Made by a program: the position numbers and the translations under genes. Shown here one piece after another: positions 25,172-32,000 of a stretch of DNA of 32,000 bases; position 1 is the first letter of the stretch, and each line of letters opens with the position of its first letter. The stretch comes from an archaeon (GTDB lineage Archaea; Iainarchaeota; Iainarchaeia; Iainarchaeales; CSSED10-239). Below the pieces are notes generated by a model. The model worked only from the letters and a program-made list of their open reading frames with translations. It did no database searches and had not been told where the DNA came from. The DNA is taken from positions 1-32,000 of the forward strand of contig JBBABY010000007.1 of assembly GCA_041657425.1 (NCBI GenBank), given 5' to 3'.

Positions 25172-26542
25172 ATGATTGTACAAGATACTAAGAAAATATT
25201 TTTTTGGATATTTGGGGTAGTCTTCGGGCTATTAAATTATCTCTTATTAAAGAATCAGTATATTTTTTCATCAACAGAATCTGCATTTATTGTTCCTGCA
25301 ATTTCGTTAATTATCTTTATTTTGTTTTTTATAGTTGGAATATTTGTATCTAAGATATCTCAGGTTAGTTATTTATCAATTACTAGAGAGAAAGATATTC
25401 AAAAAATTGAAGACACAATAAATACAGAAGAAAAAGCAAAAAAATTAAAACAATTAATAAAAAATCTAAGGAAAACACTAAATTATGTGTTGTCTAAAAA
25501 TTGTTCTAAAGAAGCAATACAAGTTTTATCTGATTATATAGGAATCGATAAAGACGCTTCAGAAAAATTAATTTATAGTTTTAAACATTTAAGACAAATC
25601 AGATATATTTATTGGAGTGTTGGAGTAGTTCTGTCTATTACAAGTATAGTTTTAATTTTTAATCTAAGTTTTTTTGAATCATTAAGACAACCGTTAATTA
25701 TCCCAATTTTAATATCTTTGATTATCTTTATATTATTCTTTATTGAGGGATTTTTAATTATGAGAATGCCAGAAAAGATATATATTGATCTTTTAAAAAT
25801 AAATGAAAAATCAAAAGAAGAGCAAAAACAAAAAATACAAAATGAAAAAGAAATATTAGAAATAAAAGAGAAAACAACGCAGAAATCAGTTGACAGTATT
25901 AAAAAAGCAATTAAATATTTAATAAAGATGAATGGGAATAGATCTTGGATTTTAGAATTATTAATAAATAATGGTTTTAGTAAAGAGGCATCTGAAGACA
26001 TTATTTATCAAACTGTTAAAGAGCAAGAATTTGAAAATAAATTGAAAATTGATTTGGCATCTTCTAAAGCTACAAAAGAATTATTTATTTCAAAGATTCA
26101 TGATGATTTTATAATTTTAAAAGAAATCTATGCAGAAATGGTTTCGCTTAAAAGCTATGTTTCTCATTTAGAGGATAGACAAAAGAAAATGGAAATTTTT
26201 ATTGCAAAAAATATTAAAACCGAAAAATTTGAGAAAAGTAAAATTTCAGAAAAAGACATTCAGAAATCATCAGTTAAAGTAGTTCCTCCATTACCAAATT
26301 CTACAGAGATTGATCCTAGTAAGCAAGTTGATTTTTTATATTTGATAATCAAGCCATTTACTTATAAATACACAAAAGAAGAAACTCAAAGTATCTTATT
26401 ATCTTTAGGATATACTGAATCAATAATTGCTGACGTTTTCATTCTTCTTGAAGAAAATAATATTGAATTTAGAAAAGAAAAAACCCAAAATTTTGCATCA
26501 ACAATAAATGATTTTTATGACGAGATTATAGGCAATAAATAA
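25172..26542 (+). CDS. Membrane protein with an internal tandem duplication (2-TM module + coiled coil + small helical motif)
   Basis: SLIIFILFFIVGIF (module 1) matches SLIIFILFFIEGFL (module 2). A helical motif occurs three times: SKEAIQVLSDYIGIDKDASEKLIY, NRSWILELLINNGFSKEASEDIIY and TKEETQSILLSLGYTESIIADVF. Confidence 0.6.
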   Translation: MIVQDTKKIFFWIFGVVFGLLNYLLLKNQYIFSSTESAFIVPAISLIIFILFFIVGIFVSKISQVSYLSITREKDIQKIEDTINTEEKAKKLKQLIKNLRKTLNYVLSKNCSKEAIQVLSDYIGIDKDASEKLIYSFKHLRQIRYIYWSVGVVLSITSIVLIFNLSFFESLRQPLIIPILISLIIFILFFIEGFLIMRMPEKIYIDLLKINEKSKEEQKQKIQNEKEILEIKEKTTQKSVDSIKKAIKYLIKMNGNRSWILELLINNGFSKEASEDIIYQTVKEQEFENKLKIDLASSKATKELFISKIHDDFIILKEIYAEMVSLKSYVSHLEDRQKKMEIFIAKNIKTEKFEKSKISEKDIQKSSVKVVPPLPNSTEIDPSKQVDFLYLIIKPFTYKYTKEETQSILLSLGYTESIIADVFILLEENNIEFRKEKTQNFASTINDFYDEIIGNK

Positions 26543-26640
26543 AATTAAACTATTTTAAAAACTTTTTCTTATCTTAAATATATATTAGTTTGGTTCTTTT
26601 TGTAAGAACTGGTATTTCTAATTAAAAACGGAAAATTAAT

Positions 26641-29493
26641 ATGTCAGAACAATTTAGTAATAAAACAGAAAAAGAAATTAAAAGTTATTGGGAAGTAAAT
26701 GGAATTCCAGAAAAAATAAGAAGTAAGAAATCAACAAAGAACTATTACTTTGTAGACGGCCCACCTTATGCTTCTGGTCACTTGCATTTAGGAACTGCAA
26801 TGAATAGAATCCTAAAAGACTTAATTATAAGATACAGGAGAATGTCTGGGTATAATGTTTTAGATATACCTGGTTTTGATACTCATGGAGTTCCAATTGA
26901 AGCAAAGGTGCAAAAAGCATATGGCTTAAAATCAAAAGAAGATATTGAAAAGTTTGGAATTGATAAATTCACAATTGAATGTAAGAAGTTTGCAACTGAG
27001 CATATTGATGATATGTCTAAAGAAATTTATAATCTTGGACAATGGATGGATTGGGTAAATCCCTATAGAACACTTGATAAATCATATATGGAAACGGCGT
27101 GGTGGGTTTTTAAGAAGGCAACTGAAAAAGGGTTATTGTACCATGACAAATACCCAGTACATGTTTGTCCAACTTGTGAAACTGCAGTTTCTTTTAATGA
27201 GATTGAGCATCAAGATTTAGTTGACAATTCTATTTATGTAAAGTTAAAATCAGTTGATGATCCAAATACTTACTTTGTAGTTTGGACAACAACTCCTTGG
27301 ACACTTCCAGCAAATTTAGGAATTATGGTTCATCCTGGTTTTAAGTATGTTGAGTTAATTCACGAAGATACAAAATACATTGTTGCAGAAGAACTAGTTT
27401 CTAAACTTGTAAAGGAATTTGGTTGGCAAGATTATTCTCTTGGAAAAATCTTTTTAGGAAAAGAACTTGAAGGCAAGAAATATGAACCAATCTTAGGCGA
27501 ATGTTTAGAGAATATAGAAGAATTAAAAAAAGACTCTTACAAAGTAATTCTTTCTGCAAGGTTTGTTAATTTAGAAGACGGAAGCGGACTTGTTCATTGT
27601 GCACCAGGACATGGTAGAGAAGATTATCAAGTTGGAAAAGAAAATGGGCTTTCTGCTTATTGTCCAGTAACAATTGTTGGAGTTTATGATAAAACCATTA
27701 ATTGGCACAGTGGAGAAAAAGTAAAATCTCTTGATCCTAAAATTATAGAATATTTAGAAGAGAAAGGAGCAATTCTTGGAAAAAAATCAATTAAACATTC
27801 TTATCCTGTTTGTTGGAGATGTTCAAGTCCGTTGCTTCAAGTTGCTTTACCACAATGGTTTTTAAGAATTGAACCAATGAGAGAGAGATTAAAAGAAATA
27901 AATAAAGAAGAAGTAACTTGGTATCCGGAATGGGCAAAAGAAAGATTTGATAATTGGTTAGATTCAATTTCTGATTGGCCAATTTCAAGAGCAAGATATT
28001 GGGGAACACCAATACCAATATGGCAATGTGATAATTGTAAAGAGATTGAAGTATTTGGAAGTCTTGAGGAATTAAAAGTTAAAGCTCCAAGTGTTGATTT
28101 AGAAATGGATCTTCATAAACCAGGTATTGATCACATTACTTACAATTGTAAATGCGGAGGAACAATGAAAAGGATACTAGAGATCTTTGATGTCTGGTTT
28201 GATTCAGGAATTGCTTCTTTTGCAAGTCTTGGCTATCCAAAAAAGCAAGAATTATTCAATCAATTCTGGCCACCAGATATTAATCTAGAAGGTAGTGATC
28301 AGATAAGAGGTTGGTGGAATTCACAGATGATAGTTTCAGCAATTTGTTTTGATAAATCTCCATATAAGTTTGTGGCTCTTCATGGAATGGTTTTAGCCGT
28401 TGACAAAAGAAAACTTTCAAAATCTCTTGGTAACGATAAACCATTGTCTGAAAGATTTTCAGAATTATCAATCGACTATTACAGATATTACTTTGCAAGA
28501 GAATACAATGGAATGGATGTTGTAATTGATGAAAAGAAGTTTTTAGATATTAAGAGAGTATTTAATCTTCTTGAAAACATTTATTCATTGATGTCATTAA
28601 TGGATGACAATTTAAGATTTAATCCAAGTAGTGAAAATGATAAACTAGAAGTAGAAGATAAATGGATTCTTTCTAAGTATAATTCTTTAGTTGAAAGTTA
28701 TCATAAGAATTATCAAGGTTGTAACTTTTCAAAAGCTACAACAGATATTGAGAAGTTTATCTTAGAAGATTTTAGTAGAACTTACATTAAGTTAATAAAG
28801 AAAAGAGAAAATAAAAACAATGTTTTAAATCACATTTTCTCTGGTCTGTTATTGTTACTTTCTCCAGCAGCGCCACACTTAACTGAATATCTTTACTTAA
28901 AGTTTAAAGACAAGAAAGAAACAATACACTTAGAGGAGCTTCCAGTTGCTAATCTAAAATTAATAGATAAGAACTTAGAAGAAAACTTCACAGTAGCTCT
29001 AGACATTGTTCAAGAAACACTAGCTGCAAGAGAAAGAACAAAGAAAAGACTAAGATGGATTCTTCCAAGACTTGTAGTTGTAACTGCAGAAGCGAATAAA
29101 CTTGAAGGAATTAAAGAAATTGTTTCTAATATGGCAAACGTAAAAGTTGTTCTTCTTCAAGAAGATGTTCCAAAAGGAAACTATGAAGAAGGAAAAGTTT
29201 CTGAAACTCTTTCAATCTATCTTGACTTAGATATTCCAAAAGGTCTTGAAGAAGAATGGGAATTAAGTGAACTTACAAGAGCCATACAATCAGAGAGAAA
29301 GAAAAACAATCTCACTCCAAGCCAAGTAGTAAGCCTAAATATTGCTTGTTCAGACATTGCATTTATTGAAAGCAACAAAGCAGCAATAGAAACAGGAACA
29401 TCAACCAAGCTTTCTGTTGTTCCATTTGATGCAAGTAACACAAGCAAGCAAAAGTTAATAGAAAGAGAAGTTTACTTCTCTTTTTCTTTTTAA
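26641..29493 (+). CDS. ileS: Isoleucyl-tRNA synthetase
   Basis: GPPYASGHLHLGTAMNRILKD is an archaeal-type HIGH region; DTHGVPIE, DWPISRARYWGTPIPIW and KLSKSLGN (KMSKS) follow. At 950 aa it seems on the short side for an archaeal IleRS, judged from memory. Confidence 0.88.
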   Translation: MSEQFSNKTEKEIKSYWEVNGIPEKIRSKKSTKNYYFVDGPPYASGHLHLGTAMNRILKDLIIRYRRMSGYNVLDIPGFDTHGVPIEAKVQKAYGLKSKEDIEKFGIDKFTIECKKFATEHIDDMSKEIYNLGQWMDWVNPYRTLDKSYMETAWWVFKKATEKGLLYHDKYPVHVCPTCETAVSFNEIEHQDLVDNSIYVKLKSVDDPNTYFVVWTTTPWTLPANLGIMVHPGFKYVELIHEDTKYIVAEELVSKLVKEFGWQDYSLGKIFLGKELEGKKYEPILGECLENIEELKKDSYKVILSARFVNLEDGSGLVHCAPGHGREDYQVGKENGLSAYCPVTIVGVYDKTINWHSGEKVKSLDPKIIEYLEEKGAILGKKSIKHSYPVCWRCSSPLLQVALPQWFLRIEPMRERLKEINKEEVTWYPEWAKERFDNWLDSISDWPISRARYWGTPIPIWQCDNCKEIEVFGSLEELKVKAPSVDLEMDLHKPGIDHITYNCKCGGTMKRILEIFDVWFDSGIASFASLGYPKKQELFNQFWPPDINLEGSDQIRGWWNSQMIVSAICFDKSPYKFVALHGMVLAVDKRKLSKSLGNDKPLSERFSELSIDYYRYYFAREYNGMDVVIDEKKFLDIKRVFNLLENIYSLMSLMDDNLRFNPSSENDKLEVEDKWILSKYNSLVESYHKNYQGCNFSKATTDIEKFILEDFSRTYIKLIKKRENKNNVLNHIFSGLLLLLSPAAPHLTEYLYLKFKDKKETIHLEELPVANLKLIDKNLEENFTVALDIVQETLAARERTKKRLRWILPRLVVVTAEANKLEGIKEIVSNMANVKVVLLQEDVPKGNYEEGKVSETLSIYLDLDIPKGLEEEWELSELTRAIQSERKKNNLTPSQVVSLNIACSDIAFIESNKAAIETGTSTKLSVVPFDASNTSKQKLIEREVYFSFSF

Positions 29494-29512
29494 TTTTCTA
29501 AGGAAATAAAAT

Positions 29513-30211
29513 ATGCCAAGACCAAAACCCGGTTGTGAAAAAGTACCACTAGGGAAAGGACATTTCATACAAGGCAAAGATATTTTTAAAACAGAAATTG
29601 CAACAATTGAATTACCTGAATGGAATAGACATATTGAAATATCAGAAAATAGAGAAAAAGATGTAACAAATATTAATTTTGAAAAATTAAAAAGAATAAT
29701 TGTTGCAATGGCAAAGAAGAAGGGAATGACTCCTTCTGAGTTTGCTTCAAAAACTGTTTTTGAACATTCTCATATCGGAAATATTGTTCCAAGTGAAGGC
29801 GACCTTGCTACACTTATTGCATTGAATTTAACTTGGGGTTTTGAAAAAGCGAAGATCTATAGAGTTGACGGAAAAACAAAAAAGATAATAGGGCATTTGG
29901 AGTTAAAATTTAATTTTGATAAAAACATACTTTCTAAATTAAAGCATGATCCTGCAGATATTAAAAAGAATTTACCGAATCTAAAACAAATAGGTATCCC
30001 AGTAAATACAATGGGGTTATATGTTGGTATTTGTGAGGCAGTTGATAATTATGTAACTGCAGTAAAATTACAAAAACCAAGTTGGCCAAAAGATTACACA
30101 AAAAAATATGCAAATATGCTAGTTCTTCAAAAATTAGGATTTGAATATAAGTTTGTTCCAGCAGAAGGATATAATATTTTAGATGAGGATATGGATTTTC
30201 ATAAAATCTAA
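29513..30211 (+). CDS. Hypothetical protein with a JAB/MPN-like metal motif
   Basis: FEHSHIGNIVPSEGDLATL resembles the JAMM/RadC signature HxHx7SxxD, but with a 6-residue spacer. No other motif is recognised. Confidence 0.5.
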   Translation: MPRPKPGCEKVPLGKGHFIQGKDIFKTEIATIELPEWNRHIEISENREKDVTNINFEKLKRIIVAMAKKKGMTPSEFASKTVFEHSHIGNIVPSEGDLATLIALNLTWGFEKAKIYRVDGKTKKIIGHLELKFNFDKNILSKLKHDPADIKKNLPNLKQIGIPVNTMGLYVGICEAVDNYVTAVKLQKPSWPKDYTKKYANMLVLQKLGFEYKFVPAEGYNILDEDMDFHKI

Positions 30212-30216
30212 GTATT

Positions 30217-30419
30217 GAGTTGTACACAATATGTGTACAGCTGAAATTAATGAAACTGTGACAATTTGTCACGAGTTGTCCCCAATTTGGGTACAACTGA
30301 AACTAATTGTTAGATAGCTTTAAAAAAAAGTGAGTTGTCGACAATTTGTCGACGGTTGTGATTAAGGATTATAATTTGAGTTGGTGACAATTTGTCACCA
30401 GCTGTACGATAAAATCGTA
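30217..30419 (+). repeat. Array of five covarying hairpin repeats (consensus GAGTTG-arm-CAAtTTG-arm'-CAGCTGAAAtTAA) plus one extra hairpin
   Basis: R1 is 30217-30255, R2 30258-30272, R3 30273-30308, R4 30332-30367 and R5 30378-30404. A further hairpin tacgatAAAatcgta is at 30405-30419. See the first finding for the arms. Confidence 0.85.
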
Positions 30420-30571
30420 TAGTTGATTTTTGATTTTGTGAAATCTCGATACCTTTAAATTCAAATTTCAAAAATACAAAGAAAAGTAGATAAAACCCGC
30501 ACTGGACAGCTACCCTCCCGAAAATAACCCTTCTTACAAAAACAATATATTTGCAATGGGAGGTTGTTTTT

Positions 30572-31408
30572 ATGGAGGTAAATAATTCAGTTGCTATTTT
30601 TGAAAGCAAAAAAATAAGAAGATTGTGGCAGGAAGAAGATTGGTGGTTTTCTGTAGTTGATGTGGTTGAGGCGTTGACTGATAGTCCTTTTCCAAAAACT
30701 TATTGGAGGAAATTAAAAGATAAAGAATTTAATGAAATTCAACCGTACCCGATTTGGGTACCGTTGAAATTAGTAGCTGAAGATGGAAAATTAAGAGAAA
30801 CAGATTGTGCAAATCTAGAAGGGATATTTAGAATAATCCAATCTATCCCTTCTCCTAAAGCAGAACCTTTTAAACTATGGTTAGCAAAAGTAGGTTATCA
30901 AAGAATTGAAGAAAACTATGATCCAGAACTAGCAATCAACAGAGCAATGAGTACATATTTAAAAAAAGGATATTCAAAAGAATGGATAAATCAAAGATTG
31001 AAAACAATTGAAGTTAGAAAAGAATTAACTGATGAATGGAATAGATCAGGAATAGATAAACCCTCTGACTTTGCATCGTTAACAAATACTTTAACAAAAG
31101 CTTGGTCAGATAGAACAGTTAAAGAATATAAAGAATTAAAGCATTTAAAAAAAGAAAATCTAAGAGATAACATGACTAATATTGAACTAGTTCTTAATCT
31201 TCTAGCAGAAGCAACAACAACAGAAATTTCAAAAGTTGAAGAGCCGAAAGGATTTTTTCCAAGTGAAGATGTAGTTAGAGCGGGTGGAGAGATAGCAGGT
31301 AACACAAGAAAGAATATAGAGAAGAGACTAGGCAAAAGTGTAATCAGTTCAAGAAACGCAAAACACCTTTTAGAAGAAAAGAAAAAGAATCAAAATTTAA
31401 TTAAATAA
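30572..31408 (+). CDS. Bro-N domain protein (antirepressor/DinD-like family)
   Basis: AIFESKKIRRLWQEEDWWFSVVDVVEALTDS is the Bro-N motif. It is followed by FRIIQSIPSPKAEPFKLWLAKVGYQRIEE and LKKENLRDNMTNIELV. I prefer the ATG at 30572, with GGGAGGT at 30558-30564, to the TTG at 30551. Confidence 0.75.
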   Translation: MEVNNSVAIFESKKIRRLWQEEDWWFSVVDVVEALTDSPFPKTYWRKLKDKEFNEIQPYPIWVPLKLVAEDGKLRETDCANLEGIFRIIQSIPSPKAEPFKLWLAKVGYQRIEENYDPELAINRAMSTYLKKGYSKEWINQRLKTIEVRKELTDEWNRSGIDKPSDFASLTNTLTKAWSDRTVKEYKELKHLKKENLRDNMTNIELVLNLLAEATTTEISKVEEPKGFFPSEDVVRAGGEIAGNTRKNIEKRLGKSVISSRNAKHLLEEKKKNQNLIK

Positions 31409-31411
31409 CCT

Positions 31412-31524
31412 CACTAATTATGGGGCGCGTCTTGCGCCAACCCGCCGAATGATATATATATATATATATATCGGTTCTCTTTTTTATATTAATTTAATTA
31501 ATTAACTAATGGAGATGATTAGAA
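31412..31524 (+). promoter_or_regulatory. Conserved upstream module, copy B: GC-rich box, (AT)10, TATA-like element, SD
   Basis: It aligns with 24062-24170. The local hairpin ggcgcgtcttgcgcc is at 31423-31437. Confidence 0.6.
31452..31471. repeat. (AT)10 dinucleotide microsatellite between the GC-rich box and the TATA-like element
   Basis: g-atatatatatatatatatat-cgg here; the paralogous position 24102-24109 has (AT)4. Confidence 0.9.
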
Positions 31525-32000
31525 ATGGTAAAAGAAAATAATATAAAATTAATAATTTGGGCAGTAGTTGCTTTAGTTATTGGAGTAGTAATTGGATTGT
31601 TACTAACGAATTTAGTTATTACGGGGCAGGCTGTAAATTTGAATGAAAGTAAAATGGTAAGGAGCGAAATAGATCCAAGATTTGGGACGGAAACATTTGA
31701 ATCTACTTTAAATCTTAAAGACCCATATCTCATATATGCAAATAAAGAAATAGAGGACTATATTATACAAAATAATATTGATCTTTCAAAAGGAACAATT
31801 TTTCGTGAGAGTACTGATGGCAAATTAGAGAAAAGTTCAAATATAGTATTTTATCCTGATACAGATTATATTTCTGAATTTAATGGAATAGATATAACTA
31901 TTTTAAATAGAGCAACAGGAGAAAATGTTACACCAAAAATGCGCAATTGTACGATTTATAATGGCAGCGGACGTCGGTCCTTACGTCATCAAAAATGGTT
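31525..32000 (+). CDS. Secreted protein, 3'-truncated by the window end; its leader is paralogous to 24171-24278 (absent from the ORF track)
   Basis: The ATG at 31525 is preceded by GGAGATGA, and frame 1 stays open to nt 32000. MVKENNIKLIIWAVVALVIGVVIGLLLTNLVITGQA matches 30 of 36 residues of the 24171 leader, after which the sequences diverge. Confidence 0.7.
   Translation, partial: MVKENNIKLIIWAVVALVIGVVIGLLLTNLVITGQAVNLNESKMVRSEIDPRFGTETFESTLNLKDPYLIYANKEIEDYIIQNNIDLSKGTIFRESTDGKLEKSSNIVFYPDTDYISEFNGIDITILNRATGENVTPKMRNCTIYNGSGRRSLRHQKW

Noticed and set aside
30217-30419. CRISPR array
   Set aside because: The repeat arms differ between copies and the spacing is irregular (0-25 nt), so there are no spacers of uniform length. 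No cas genes or leader are present. The palindromes have a conserved loop and flanks rather than an identical repeat sequence.
29961-30609. Minus-strand ORFs 29961-30296 and 30310-30609 across the hairpin array
   Set aside because: The first is partly antisense to ORF 29513-30211, and both run through palindromic repeats, which read open on both strands by symmetry. Neither has an SD or recognisable motifs.
24062-31632. The two ~220-bp direct repeats as boundaries of a 7.3-kb mobile element
   Set aside because: The interval contains ileS, a tRNA gene and an OB-fold gene. Each repeat corresponds to a promoter plus signal peptide of a gene rather than a terminal repeat, and no integrase is present.
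24638-31733. Other antisense ORFs: 24638-24871, 25609-26001, 27791-28018, 28280-28498, 29217-29447, 30991-31335 and 31506-31733
   Set aside because: They are nested antisense within the OB-fold, membrane-protein, IleRS, Bro-N and secreted-protein genes. 31506-31733 is antisense to the conserved leader of the + strand ORF starting at 31525.

Overview
AT-rich (about 30% GC by eye) archaeal chromosomal segment. Tight gene packing, GGAGG/GGTGA Shine-Dalgarno motifs, Lys-rich tails on housekeeping proteins and a tRNA-Ile(UAU) suggest a small-genome DPANN-type archaeon; this is inference only. Nt 2.1-8.5 kb is a conserved archaeal information-processing cluster: L7Ae, S28e, L24e, aIF5B, S6e, aIF2-gamma, Fcf1-like PIN, RpoE', Spt4, S24e, S27ae. 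Next come a CPBP protease, a 484-bp non-coding gap with GC-rich islands, a PHP phosphoesterase and TraB. An envelope operon follows (1181-aa surface protein, geranylgeranyl reductase, secreted coiled-coil protein, small TM protein). After it: tRNA-Gln and tRNA-Ile(GAU), an alpha/beta hydrolase, a split RsmF-like m5C methyltransferase, two hyper-acidic mini-ORFs, a tailed histone-fold protein, thermosome, an OB-fold protein, tRNA-Ile(UAU), a duplicated membrane protein and IleRS. The most unusual region lies downstream of ileS (29.5-32 kb). It holds an orphan protein with a JAB-like HxH..S..D motif, then an array of five covarying hairpin repeats. The repeat unit recurs in-frame inside the adjacent Bro-N gene. 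A secreted-protein gene follows whose promoter-plus-signal-peptide module (about 220 bp) is duplicated at 24.06 kb with a different (AT)n tract length. No CRISPR array, rRNA gene, transposase or integrase is visible. All functional calls rest on motif recognition by eye; no searches were run.
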